A DNA stretch of 64,000 nucleotides, from NCBI RefSeq assembly GCF_009914755.1, contig NC_060932.1; one strand, written 5' to 3'. This DNA comes from the human T2T-CHM13v2.0 reference genome, Homo sapiens. A program made the position numbers and the translations under genes. How positions within the stretch are numbered: position 1 is the stretch's first letter; each line of letters opens with the position of its first letter. Under the pieces are notes generated by a model. That model was not told the origin of the DNA. It did not search any database and saw only the letters and a list, made by a program, of their open reading frames with translations. Positions 24,803-39,180 of this stretch are shown piece after piece.

Positions 24803-26993
24803 TAATCAACTTTCCTTTAAAGTATTTAAGGCATCATCTTGTGCATTTTTTCATTGAATTTGCCTAAATCCTCTGACTCCCATTGATATCTTTTAGCATC
24901 CAGGATTATAGCTCTACATTAACAAGAGGTTAGTGCTAGCTCTTGGCAGATTTTATTATGTAATTTTTCTTTAACTATTCAGGGCTTCAGCTTGACTAGA
25001 ATCTCAGCAACCTCTCACTGTTTCAAACGGCAATGCCTTTCATCAAGAATAAGGACATTAAAGGGAAAAAAATGACAAAAAAATAAAATGAAACATGTGT
25101 TTTAAGAGATTTGAATAAGATATTTTAGTAAGCCAATTTCATGTCACCATCTTGAAAATTTACAGCAGTCAGCAATGTAAACATGTACTTGACAAACACC
25201 AGCAGCTTGCAGACTGCAAAGTTCATCTACTCATTCAGCGAGGCAGATGTTTCATTTAATACTCTTCATACTATAGATTAGGATTATTTTTTTTTCTTTT
25301 CCTCTTTTTTTTTTTTTTTGAAAGGAGAGGGGGAAAAAATTCCCTGACATGCTACTAATATCATCTCACACTGTGGGCCAGATGGTGAAAAATGCAAAGG
25401 CTGCAGCTCAGTTTATGTACTATATTGTGGGGGGAAAAGGAATTTTGTTTCAGAATGAGTTTCAGCTTGATCATTTGTTGCTGTAATCTAAACATGAGTC
25501 AATGAGAAAAGTAGTACCAGTCGAACTTCAAAAAGTTATTGAGAGTAAGTGCTTTAAAATGCAATGCATCTGGAGGAAGCGCCTACAGCAATTCAATCTA
25601 CCACATCTAGAAGAAACAGAGGATGAGAAACTTGGGTAGTTGGTTTCATGAAGGACCCTTCACAAAGACAGTTGACCAAAGAAAAACTTACATATTATCA
25701 TTACGTCATTGGGTTTTGGATGAAGATTTTCTGAATGTTTTTCTCTTCTGCTTTTCACGTTGTTTGTATCGTTTGCATTTAGGACTATGGCCAGCTTTAG
25801 AGCTATGTCTATTTACCTGCACTTTGTGGTTAATAATTTTGGAGAATAAAAAACTAACTGTTAAGCTCCTAGTCTTTAAACGTTGATATTTGAAGGGAAA
25901 TCAGAAATCGCCCAGCTCCACTTCTTTATCTGTATGAGGCAATGGAAGCCCAGAAGGGATAAAAATCTTGGTAATATGTGCTCCTCTGGCAGATTGGGAA
26001 ATAAATGAAAGCAATCACTGTCCGGCATCGATGATCTGTTATACTGTGGAAATTCCACAGCTTTTTATCAGATTTTTAAATAGAGCCACAGCCCCAGTAA
26101 TCTTGTGAATAAGCAGAGTCTGCCTGTATTGTTGTTTTGAGTATTAATTATTCACATCCTATGGCTTTTCCATGGGCGTTTTCACCACTTGTAGAATAGG
26201 AAACAAACAGGAACAGGTCAAAGACACCAAACCCCTGTGATTTTCCTAATTGAAGGTTTGATTTAAATCATGCGGGTCGGGGAGGCAGGGCTCTGTTATT
26301 CAAATGCAAAGGGGCAAATTTTTATGTTGGGAATAAGCTCATCTACTGGGCAATGGTTCTGACCGCCTTTACCCATGTACGTGTCAGAGAAGCATCCAAC
26401 CATGATCACTTCTTAGTAGGGCAGGCAGATATTCCACCTTTGTAACGGTGCCCTAACATGCCAATGCCTTTTTCATTTTCTTTTGTTTTATCTCTCTTAT
26501 CTCTTTTATGATCTTTTATGATCCGGAAAACTTTTACTAACATGCTATTAGCCTTCCCCAATGTTCCCGCTTCTCAAATTGTTAAAGAAAAATTTGTCTT
26601 CGGCTACTTAACATCCCTGCTCCTCTTCTCTCCTAAGGATAGTCTAGGATTTGCTGGCCTGATATTCAGGCATTTTGTAATGCTGAATCACGAGAATGGA
26701 AAGAGACATACAGAAACAGGAAGAAAAGAAGAAAAGGGTAAGGATTCTAGATTGCTGGGTCTAGTCTAGACTTTATTGAGGATAATCTGGATCATTGGAA
26801 AGTAGAGAGGGCATTTTAAAGAACTCAGGAAGGCTAAGACGTTGTACATATGAGAGTTAGGATGGAGAGAGAGAGAACCATGGCAAGATGTGCGAGAGAA
26901 ATTGGCAAGAGGGTCCAGATGAAAGGCTAAGGAGAAGCTATGAGATGGAGAATTGGGGAGAAAGGGAAGATAGTTTAAGAAATATTGCTGTGA

Positions 26994-27084
26994 ACCAACA
27001 TGGCACATGTATACATATGTAACAAACCTGCACGTTGTGCACATGTACCCTAGAACTTAGAGTATAATAAAAAAATAAAAAATA
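26994..27084 (+). mobile_element. Extremely 5'-truncated L1PA (L1PA4/5-like) 3' end
   Basis: CCAACATGGCACATGTATACATATGTAACAAACCTGCACGTTGTGCACATGTACCCTAGAACTT; 17-bp TSD at 26977-26993 and 27237-27253. Confidence 0.95.
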
Positions 27085-27236
27085 CATGAGCCCGGAGGTG
27101 GAGCTTGCAGTGAGCCAAGATCACGCCACTGCACTCCAGCCTGGGCGACAGAGCGAGACTCCATCTCAAAAAAAAAAAAAAAAAAAAAAAAGATAATAAA
27201 TAAAAAATAAAAATAATAGAAAAATAAAAAGTAAAA
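27085..27236 (+). mobile_element. AluY right-arm 3' fragment with A-tail, inside the L1 tail
   Basis: GGAGCTTGCAGTGAGCCAAGATCACGCCACTGCACTCCAGCCTGGGCGACAGAGCGAGACTCC followed by poly-A. Confidence 0.95.
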
Positions 27237-28459
27237 AAGAAATGTTGCTATGATTTTGAAATGTATTATAAATAATTCTATGTAAGATTGGAGTAGTGTT
27301 TTTCTTTTTTTAAGTATCTTCTGGTGCCTGGACTCTGAATACAGCTCAGTGTAGATACTAGGCTGACTGAATCCCAATACTTAAGGGGATTCCACTGGCT
27401 CTCTTTTACTCTCTGACTTTTCCATCAGCACTGTGCATTAGAAAGAGAAGATGTATGGGTGTCTTAGAATAATAAAAGGCTTGTACAAATTCCAAGTGTT
27501 ATTATTTTCATCAGTGTTAGTTTTTGACTGAACATGTATCTTTTGAAATAATTTTTCTCCCTAAGTTCCTCTCCCTTCACTGATAAGCATGCATATAAGC
27601 ATTATAAAAATTTTGTTAGTGTTCAGGAGAAGAGATCCCTCTCATACCAGCTAGAGGCTTTTTGAAAATGTATTTACCAACATTTCACAAATTCAGTGTG
27701 GTTACATGAGGTCAGGAGCATGGGGATCATCTAGGGCAGCAGTTTTCAAATGTTAGTCTTAGCCCATGATAAAATGTTTACTGACACATAGCAAAAGTTT
27801 AAAAAAGAAAAAAAGATAAAAGGACAATGTAGCAAATTTATCAGAAAGCCAAGTTTGTTGAGTTTAAATGATTATATTTCTATATTTTTGTATTAAAATA
27901 TCATTTCTTCTATGAAATGACAGAATTAGTAGATGGTAATATTATGAGAGCAAAATATATGTCACCACTCTCTTTTAAGTGGTCTACATTCTTTGCTGCT
28001 TTTTCTGATGTATGAACCCCAGAAGATAAGGAATCATTAATTCAAGGCTCTGAGGCCGCAATGTTCTAAGTGCACCCTACAGACACAAAGGAATCTAACT
28101 TTCTATTAGTGTAACTTCTAATCATTAGCAAAGCTCTAATTAAACAAATTTAATTAGCAGAGATACATACAGAAAGATAATGCAGGTATTTTTAGTGGAT
28201 GATGGGGCATTTCCTAACCAAGTGAAACTACTACTGCTAAACCTAGGAAGAATGTTAAAGAATGGTAAAGGGTTTTTATATAATTCATTAACTAGACTAT
28301 AAGGTTTTGAGGGCATCTTATTTGACTTTCACTATCTAGAATGCAGCCCTGTACTTGGAGAAGTGCCATTGTTCAATTCGTTTAATGAAATATACTTCAA
28401 CCTGGAGAATGCACTGGTGGTGAATGCATAGAAAAAGATGCACCTTGTACAGTTAACCA

Positions 28460-28972
28460 AGGTATTTTTATTATCAAAAATATTTAAAGCATAAAAGAAA
28501 ATTCAAGCATTAATTTAACAAACATCCATGTGCTTGTTACAGAAACAATTGCAAACAGTAATATTTTGTTTGATTTCATTGACAACTTTTTTCCTTTAAA
28601 GAATAAATATTTAAATGACATTGAAATTCTTTTATCATCACCAGTCACATTATCTCTTTCCCTTTGAGAATTAAATATTTTTCTGAAATTAGAATGTAGT
28701 ATTCCAGGTATGCATCATTTCAGGCTATTTTTAAAAATGCATTCATAAATAATATATAGTACTATTTTGCATGCTGTAAAAACAACTAAGTAGAATTTCT
28801 ATTGTTATGCTTCTGCATTGATTTTTTACACATTATTTTAAAATCTATTAGCCTTAAAATATGTAAATCTAGTTAATTTTAACCTTTATAGAGTATTTGA
28901 TACTATGCATATCTTTAATATACTATAAATTGCCAAATTACTCTCCAAGATGTTTCCCAAATTTAAATTCCA
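28460..28972 (-). mobile_element. Highly decayed L1ME fragments
   Basis: AAATTGCCAAATTACTCTCCAA ... AATTTAAATTCC; old L1 antisense texture. Confidence 0.45.
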
Positions 28973-28977
28973 GTCAT

Positions 28978-29012
28978 ACACAAACACATACACACACACA
29001 CACACACACACA
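28978..29012. repeat. (CA)n microsatellite
   Basis: Visible CA run. Confidence 0.9.
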
Positions 29013-29042
29013 TATTCTTGCTCATTTTTTTCAGCTACATAA

Positions 29043-29427
<385 letters not shown>

Positions 29428-32400
29428 TAACTTTTAGATATACACTAAATAGTAACTTGAGGGTTGTTTTATACTGTCTTGATATTGTTCTTTGTTGAAA
29501 CTGTTAGAAACAAAATGAGAGAACTTTATGACGTGGAACCTATAGACCATAGATAACAAAAATTGACTGTTAGCTGTATGATGGTGAGAAAAACTTCTAA
29601 AATCTCTTTATATTATTTAATTGGGAGACAACAGACCAGATTACTCAAAGGGATAATGGGTTATCTTCAAATTTTCACGAATTCAGCAATCTTGATGATT
29701 ATTAAATTTCTATATTTGTAGAAGAAAACAATTCATAAATATACGATTGCACTATTAGTAACATATGCTCCAGTTTTCTCTCAGTGTAGAAATATAGTAA
29801 TTATCACTAGGACCATTCTCTGAAATTAAGAAGTACTATAGATAAATAAGGCAAAGGAATGCCATTTATTTTTTAACACTCTGAAGGCAAATATATCTAC
29901 TTATTATCCTTTTCCATAACCTGACACAATGACAATGGAATAGAAGGTTGTCACAGCATAATAGTACCTGTCTGAGAAATTAATACTGAGGTAAAGCCGA
30001 AGCATTTATCAAAAATATCTATCAAAGTGAAGGGGAAACGGTTATTTTTTCAAAGTTGGAGACATTGATCCTGTGATAATGTTCTATTAAAATGACTTTA
30101 TTTCTGTTACCCCAGTTGGCTGCTTTAGACATAATCATTTTTAAAAAATAGAATTTGATGTGCTCTGGTTCAATTTCTTTCTTAGGGATTTATTTACCAA
30201 CATGTGCTTCCCTTTAACCCTTTGACACACATATTTGAAGACTTGAACAAGGTAAGAACAGGTCACCTCTATACATCTGCTATTCCTTCTTCCATCCTAG
30301 CATCTGAATTACTGAATTACACTAAGAAGAGATGGAAGAGTGATGTTTACCATTAAGGACACCAGTCTGTGCATTTCCTTCTCTTTTAGATGCCCAGCTC
30401 AATTCCCATTGAATGACCTCTAGGAAAAGATCATGAATTCCACACCATTGATGGTTGTCTCTCTGGAGCCTAAAGAAAGCATAGCGCTCCAGCTTCACTC
30501 TTATCCCTATTTTATTGTACAGCTGAAAATGTAGTATTTAAACATGAAGATTTAGGATAGCCTCACATCAGCCAGCTCAACCTCTGTGATTTGTCTTTTC
30601 ATAAATTAAAGTTTTCTACAAACATTCCATGCTTGAAAGTTTATAGACGTCTGCAAGTATTTTTACATAAAGGTCTTCCATATTAATAGAATTTAAAAAT
30701 ACAAAAGTAATGTGGAAATTATAAAGCATGATGATTTGGAAAATCACATTAAAGGCAGGACAGGTGTTTGAGTTACCTTTTTATTTCCACTGAGACCATC
30801 ATGGAAATTTATATATACCACATTTTCAATAAATAGTCATTAAATGAGTTACTAAGAGAATGAGCCTGACAAAAATATAAATTTGTTTTTCATTTTTTAT
30901 GAGATCTGAGCAAGCCACCTAGGATCTTGACTACCTCAGACTCTCCTTCTAACACGGACATAGTGCTAAGTAAGAAAAAAGAAATGTTTTCTTCTACAGA
31001 TACTTCAGCCTGAAGTATCTCTGAGTAAGACAGAAATGTGTCAATAGGTCTGGTCTGTAGTTGGATAAACCTTAGAAATAGTCTCATGGAAACTCCAATT
31101 TAAAGCGGCCTTTGTAGATAAGAGAAATCCCAACCCTTCAGAAGAACTTCATTTTTATGTCATAAAAGATAATATTCTAAACATATGAAATAGTTCAACA
31201 TTATATTTGATTCATTCTCTATATATTTTTATTTGTTAAAATGTTTGCTACCTTATCAATGAGGTAAAATGTATCATTTGTTTTAAATAATATAACAAAA
31301 CATTGGCCCAATAAATCTTGACCTAAGTTACATGTTTTACACGCACACGCACACACACAAATAATACACAAAAATGTTTCTAGGGATTACAGCTCTAATC
31401 TTTGGTTGCTTTCACACGAGTAACATCTTAGCACAAACCACACACAAATTAGAGACAGCAAGTTGGTCCTGTGAAAATATAATAAAAGTACATAAAGTAC
31501 AATTGACAGTAAGACATTTGTTATATAATAGTTTACCACCCTTTCTATAATATATACCCAGTGGCTGCTCAATAAATATTAATTGATGATAATGATTATT
31601 TGCAAAAGCCATTGAACTTCCTTCAGGAAATAAAACCATAATGATTACCTGGTATGTGAATTGTGTTTCACCTGAGGGAAGAACTGGTAAACAGAGGCAC
31701 TGTGCATTGCTTATAGGTGATCACCAGTTTTCTATGGCTCATAAGATGGTTTTCTTCCTTTGTACCATGGTGTTTTATGTCTTGAGCCTCACACACCGCC
31801 CACCTCCTGCGTAAAATTTACACAAGCATTGAAAGATTGTGGAATACCCAAGGAAATCATTTTTCAGTCAATTGAGTTCTTAATGGAAAAAGCTCTCTGA
31901 ATGCTATCTTACAAATTAGAAGATCCCCTGCTTTCTAAATAGTTCAATTGAAACCAGCTTTGTATTTATCCTCCGGGTCATTCAGGCTGAAATGTTGTTA
32001 AGTCTTAAGTCCAAAAGTCAGACTTTTAAAGGCAAAATGTCAAGTCCTTTTAGGCTTCAACTGACCTTTTAAACCAGATTAGGGATTTGAAGCATTACAC
32101 ATGGATTTCTACATTTTATATCCTCATATTTAACAAATGATCAAATATAACTCCCAAGAATACTATTTTTACAAGCTTGACATTTCGGGTCTGAGAGGTG
32201 GCTGTCTGACTCTTTTTACATAAATTTATTGGTAGGGGATTCGGTGAATACTTTGGTCTTTCCCACCTTCATTTCACTGAAGAAACTTTGTATTTTTTTC
32301 CTGTATGGTGGACAATAACCAATGTCTTAAAATCGTCACTAGAAGATGCAAAATTGCCAAGTCTTTGTATCTGTTTAACTCAAGGTTAAAGTAGAATAGG

Positions 32401-32634
32401 TAAGGTAAAATAGACACTTAACAGATTCTTTGTAATGAATCATGTCCAATACATGTCCCTAATCACAACCATCTTGAGCCCTTACTTATCGTTTGTTCTC
32501 TACAGGATTTTGCCCACAAGTAGTTCATGGTATTGAATTTCCTTGCTCCTTTGTCCTGGAACTATTTGCTATTGTTGCTCTTCTACCTTGGTTCGCAGTC
32601 TTGGCTAAGCATTAGTCATCTAGATAGATTAAAA

Positions 32635-32757
32635 ACAAAATGTTTAAGCTGAACTCCAGATTTACTAAATCAGAATCTCTGGGACTTGGGCCCTGCCATC
32701 AGCGTTTTTAATGCTCTCTGGGTAATTCCTCCTGTGTGGCCAAGGTTTTACACCACT
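32635..32757. mobile_element. MER5A fragment (hAT-Charlie MITE)
   Basis: CCAGATTTACTAAATCAGAATCTCTGGG ... GGGCCC ... TTTTTAA. Confidence 0.7.
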
Positions 32758-32894
32758 CCACAGAACTCAACTATGTAGTAATAGATATTCATAAAGTTAT
32801 TAGAAATAGTTTAATTGTGAAAACAAGGAGTGAGAGGATTCATTTGTGCATCTTGTATTTAGGTTCCAATATTTGACAGGGAAGGCCCCAATAT

Positions 32895-33010
32895 CTATTT
32901 ATTTAGTAAGTATTATTGAGATCCTTTCATATGCAGGACAGCAGAGGGAACACAGTGGTCCTTGCCTTGATGCGTAGTGTTCAGTAGGAGACACAGAACA
33001 TGGACATCTG
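32895..33010 (-). mobile_element. L2 3' fragment
   Basis: ATTTATTTAGTAAGTATTATTGAG ... GGTCCTTGCCTT. Confidence 0.5.
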
Positions 33011-35694
33011 TATGTATAGCATAAGAACATCGTACACATTTCAGACTCTCAGACTTTTCCATGGGCTGAGGTTAGCAAGATTTATGATTTCAGGAAAGTA
33101 AAAGTAAAGACAAACAAGCTAACACTGCACCCCAACCCTCAACTCCTATATGGCCCCATACAACTCTTTACTAACTCCTGCATCTTTTCACGAAGTCACG
33201 ATAATAATCACAGGGAGGAATAATCTTTTTCAAGACTCTTTATTTTTTGTAGGCCTCCTTTTACTCAATAACAAGTGCAGCAGCAACTGTACAATGTAGA
33301 TGTGCTTCTGAATCCCCATGGCAATCTCACTCCTCCCAGGAAATGATGCTTGTTATAATGAAGAAGGCTTCTGTATAAAGCTGTTAGTGACCATACCATT
33401 ATTTAAGAGCAGAAAATAAGTGCCAGCGAAGATGAGAAGACTGAATTGCTCATGAATTACATCATTCATTTTAAATGGGAATCAAAAGCACAAAAGGGCC
33501 AATTGAGGCACACGGGCCCTGAGTGTGGATCATTTTACATGACTATAGACTTCCCTTCAGCTGACTACCATAATGCCAAAAGAAATCACTTAACTGGGAA
33601 CTCAGATCATCTGATTTTTAGTACAGCTTTGAAGGGCTTTGGTTGTGTGTTGACTTCCTATTTGGTTTGAGTCTCTAGGTCCTAAAGTCCTCTGGATTTT
33701 TGCTGGGATATTAGGATAGGTGAAGGAGTCCCCATGGCACACCTTAAAAGTCATTTTGAGATGGGTCATTCATGGTCTGTTAAATTGGAAAAATTCAGAT
33801 GTGAGAGCTTAAAAGAGAGTGCATTTCGCCTGTATCTTGAATAATAAACATGAATTCCAGTGTTAACATGGAGAGAGTCTTCTTTAAGTTTAAAGGCACA
33901 GTATAAGCAAAGACAGGTAGAAGTAAATTAGAGGACAAATTCAAAAAATGAGGAATTGTCCATTCATGCTATTGTAACAACACAGTGACATTAACAAAAT
34001 GGAAGCTACAGAAAAAAAGGTTTTGTTTCATCTCGGACAATGCTGAGCATGTTTGAATTACTCTCTGTACATATCACAATATTTTTTGAGAGGGCCAAAT
34101 AGGTAATCTAGCCCAAATCTATAATCCTATGGATTAAAAAAAGGCCAAAACAAATATTAAAGGAAAGAAAGAAATGTGGAGAACACAACAGAATTGGAGG
34201 CAAAAGACAGATGCCCTGAGTTTTTCCATTGAAATATCCAATCTTACAAAACCCTTGTCAACCTTTAAATCCCATCTATTTCTATGTCAGGCCACAGAAG
34301 CATGCTAAAAATAAATGCATAACTCTTTGAAAATAATTTCTAAAAAGTCATTTTAAATGAACATTATCATTGGAAAATGTTACAAAATCTTAATTTCTAG
34401 CGATAACAAATGACAATAGCAGCTCAACTCACATAAGTTAGAGAAGTGATTTCAGGTCAATCATTACCACACATTTTGGAAGCAGTTCACTTGCAGCATT
34501 ACTGGTCTCTCTATGGGGAATGCAATCACTTCTGTTTTTCCTAGTGGAAAATGCTCTTCTGCATTAACAATAATTTGCTCATTTGAATTGCGCTAAACAC
34601 CATTATCAGACTCAAAAGAGTAAAGTACAAAAAAAAAGTACGTAATGACCACTTCATTTTCATTGCCAGTTATGCATGCTTCTTTTTCAATTTACCTACT
34701 ACGATTTTGTTGTTATTGTTTTTGTCAGATTATTTCTCAGAAAAAAGTGGACATATTATCTTTAAAAATCATAGTTCCGAAACAAAATATGTTACAGGAT
34801 ACACCCATACTGGAAATACATATTATTGTTAAAGATATATTTTTAGTGTATATTCAAATCCAAAAGATATTTCAGGCAACATTTATTTGTCTTCCGTGGA
34901 ACATGAATACAGAAGTTATAGGTTAGATCCAAATAACGACTTTTTCAAAGTTGTAGTTGAAACAAATGTCTGAGAGAGTGTAGAAATTTCTCTGCTATTC
35001 GGTTGCACACTCTCTCCAGGATAATATATACACAATCTTGTCTGGTAGAAGATAAGAGCTCAACTTCTCAGAGTCTCTCTCAAAATGCAATTAGAATAAT
35101 AGACGTTTCAATATTTTTATGAACTCTCACCTCCTTCATTTTCTTTGGCTAGAACTAAAAGACTTTATAGATGAAAGATGCTGAGATTGCTATCAGGAAT
35201 TAATAGCACAATATTATTTTCAAACAATCTATGCAAAAGCTAAAGGATTTTAGTGTCATATGAAAATAAGATTGAGGGTCTCTGTATGGAAGAATTAGTT
35301 AACAATTATCTGTGTGACATTTCCTGCACTGAACTGGGATACACGGTATACTACTAAGAACATGAAGGTGAATTAATTCTTCCTAGCTCTACATTTGCAT
35401 TTAATATAGCAGTCACTAGGTTCATGACCATGCCTTTTATACACAGAAAAACAGAAAAGGGAAATAACAGATATGAAACACCATCTTTGCTCTTTTGGTG
35501 AATGCTGTATCCTTGCTCGGTAAAACAGCCAACATAGACTTACTTTTTACTTCAAATTGAATTAAGCGGTGCAGCATAGGACCTATGCTGAAAGGCAGAG
35601 GCCTGGGAACATGAAGATATGTAAATTATATTTTGTGTGCTAAAGAAACTCAAAACTAATTGGAGGTTACTGACAATTAGAATTAAATGTGATA

Positions 35695-36185
35695 ATAGAA
35701 TTGTAGTTAATAGTCCAGAATTTCAAGTTGGAAAGAAGTGGTTTTAAATCCTGGCTCTTTTATTTCAGTGGTATATATATGTTCAGTTCAATATATGTTA
35801 ACTATAACACAGATGAGTTACAGTACCTTCATTTGTATCATAGTTAACATACATTGAGTCCTTCTCCATTAAGTATCACACATTCTTCCAAGGTTCTCCT
35901 GTGTATTAATCATTCAGTTCTCACAATAACCCTTTCATCAATGTGATTTTGTGGATGATGAATCTGAGGCATCTGGAGTTTATGTAACTCATCCCAGGTA
36001 TGAGAGCTGGGAGGCAGTAGAGTTGACATTCGAACAAAAGCAGCTTACCTATTAGCAATAGTACCTGCCTCCTAGGTGAGGATGAAACAAGATGATGAGA
36101 CGGGAACACTGAAGTGCTTAGCACAGAGCTTGGCACAAAATAAACACTGTACGTTTGACCTATATCTATCAATATTATCACTGTC
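35695..36185. mobile_element. Cluster of MIR fragments in both orientations
   Basis: TTTAAATCCTGGCTCT (+); CTCACAATAACCCT ... GATGATGAATCTGAGGC (-); AAGTGCTTAGCACAGAGCTTGGCACA (+). Confidence 0.75.
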
Positions 36186-36409
36186 ATTGCTGTTGTTGAT
36201 GTTACCATGATTGTTACTAATACTCCATCTACTTCTATACACAAGAAATTCAAAAGGGATAGATTATATATTAACAATACAACTGGCTTGACTAAGCAAA
36301 GCTGAATAAATTTTTCATATTAGACCGACATTAATTTACAGTAATTATAGCAAATACAAACTAGTGAACATTTCAAAGAAGTTTTTCTTTCTTAAAAATT
36401 GTTCTTTTC

Positions 36410-36669
<260 letters not shown>

Positions 36670-37954
36670 TTATTTTCCTTCAATCCTACTGCATCTCTCT
36701 GTTTGGAGGTATTTTCCTCCTATTAGCACTTTCACAGAAAAAAAAAAAAGTAGCTCAGAGCAGATAAGGAATGAACTGTAAAGTGATCAAGATACTTAGT
36801 CGGCAAACCCAGAAATTTGAAAGGGCTTTCTTATATTTACTAGCTTTTAGAAAGACTGAGTATGAATGGCAAATATTCATGCTATGTAAAAATATTCAGT
36901 GAATTCAGTAAAGGAAGAGGCATAACACTTCTCCCAAATTCAACATTGGTAGTTTTGCATCATTTGGATTTCAAAAATTGCTTGTTTTAATTGCTTAGCT
37001 TGGTAAGCCTTATTTGGAAATAGAAAGAAGGCAGTGGTGTCTATTTCAACTTTAACCATAACTTGAGTGTGGTCAAGATGCTCACTCTTCCTGCAAAGCA
37101 ATTGTTCAATCTATAAAATACAGAAATTCTCTCCCCCAAATTTAGTAGTGTAAATTTTAATTAAATAATATCAGATAAATATCATGAGATCCATAAATGA
37201 AAGATGTTTCAGAGAGTCGATAATTTTTTTTTATTATTATATCCATCCTGGAAGACCTAAGAGGGTTGATTTATTCCTGTTAATAATTCTCATTCTTTCT
37301 GAATAATTGTAGGATCAAACATGCTGGCACCACAGGGAAATGTTCCAGCCAGCTGGGAACACTGCTTGACTCTTATATCTTTTCTTTCTTTAGTCTTTAA
37401 GTTTCAGTCTACACATTTCCTGCTGTTTTGGTCTGTGGTTTAGCAATAAGAATTAAGGATTTTCATTTTCTCTCTCTCTTTTTAATTAGCACCCTATTTC
37501 ACTTGTTATCATAAATAATTTTTTTAACAGAGACATTGCAATATTTATAAAATTTGCCAATAACAGGAGTGACAATGCAAGCATCAATTTTAAGGTGTGA
37601 GTTATTTAAATGTGTGGGATCCTGAGCAAATTGGAGGAAAGGGAAGGGCTGTTTGGTCCAGGTGTGCTGGCATAGATGGCTCCTGGTGGTGAGAGTCTAG
37701 GACATGAGTTTTCTCTGTGTTGGCTTGGGAGCCAAATTCTGATTTTAACTTTCTTCTTGACAATAAGGTTTCCCTGAAAATTTAGACATTACTTCATTGA
37801 ACTGATTTTAAGCTAATATTTCTCTTTGAGATATTTGTATGTTTAAGAGAGGTACAGCAAAAGAACCAAATAGAAAGTGGAAGTTTCGAGCAATGCTATT
37901 TATCAGACAAACCTGAATTTGAGATTTTAAAAAAAACTGCTATATTGATTTTTT

Positions 37955-37999
37955 GATAAATTTTAAAGACAGATAAATTTCAAAGACAGATAAATTTCA
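37955..37999. repeat. 17-bp tandem repeat, ~2.6 copies
   Basis: GATAAATTTTAAAGACA GATAAATTTCAAAGACA GATAAATTTCA. Confidence 0.9.
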
Positions 38000-39180
38000 G
38001 TTATCTCTATTGAGTCTGGTATTCAGTGTTTCTTATGCTAAAAAAATCTCACTCACTCGCTCTTTTTCACACCCATCCCACACACCCTCCACACCCACCC
38101 TTCACCTCTACTTCCACACACTTTTATTCAGTACAAACCCAGAATCTTAAATTTCCCTCCATTACTGAAATGCAGAAGAGGAAACACACCTTTCTTCCAA
38201 ACCCAGTGCACCACTGTTAAAAATGCTCTGCAGACCTGCATTTAAAGTCCGCTACTACCAAAACAATTTACAACTGGCAAGCCCCAATGGAAAAGGACAA
38301 ATATTAATATAAAGACAAGATTTTCTTGTGAAGAAGAGAACAAAAAGAACAAAGCGATTTTAATAGACCACGAAAAGAACGTTAGTAACAGCAAATTTGA
38401 ATCCCTCCTAGCAAGTTTATTGAGTATTTTCACAAGTGAATTATGCATTCAGAGAATCACAGATACTGGAAATGTCATCACAGAGATTTAAGATTGTGAT
38501 CTGATGAGCCAAGTCTTTGCCCTACCCAATTTTCTATCATAGTGTTATCTTCTGGAAAGTTTGCAAGAACTGAATGCATATGCTTGACCAAAGAACACAA
38601 GATACCTCCCATAATAAGCCATATGCAACATCATCATGGCTGTATGCCATGATTCTATTTTTATACCCCTGAACATTTGTTTTCTGATCTCTTGTGAAAC
38701 CTGAACATTTTCCCCTGCCTTAATTTTCATGTGGGTACACTCTTCCTCACTTGAATTTCTCTGTACTTTTTGATGCACAGAGCAGGAGAATGCCAATCAA
38801 AACATGGCAATAATCCTTCAGATAGCAAGAAACTGTGGCAAGACTTGAGAGACTACAATTAGAAAATTGTTTAAAAAAAAAAAAAGAAGAAGAAGAGAGT
38901 CTTCTGCTAAAACTACCGTGACTTCTTTTGGTTGGAAGGACATCTCCTCATCTGTGACAACAGTGAAAATACAATATTTAACCCAAGGTAGAGGCACCAT
39001 CTTAGACCAATTCTACCTACCGTTATCATTGTTGAAGTACTAATTCTCTCTACTGTTAGGGGTAACATAAGGGAAATATTTGAAATGGTTTCTAATTATA
39101 TGATTTAACTCACTAGCAGAAACCATCCAGAGAATTTATGATCATAACTATGACTCATGCTTTATTAAAAGAATCTGTGA

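Noticed and set aside
27735-28030. Possible hAT-Charlie remnant starting CAGCAGTTTTCAAA
   Set aside because: Too decayed to assign without a profile search.
30890-31087. 65-aa minus-strand ORF with protein-like composition
   Set aside because: No recognisable domain or convincing splice context; the length is within chance.
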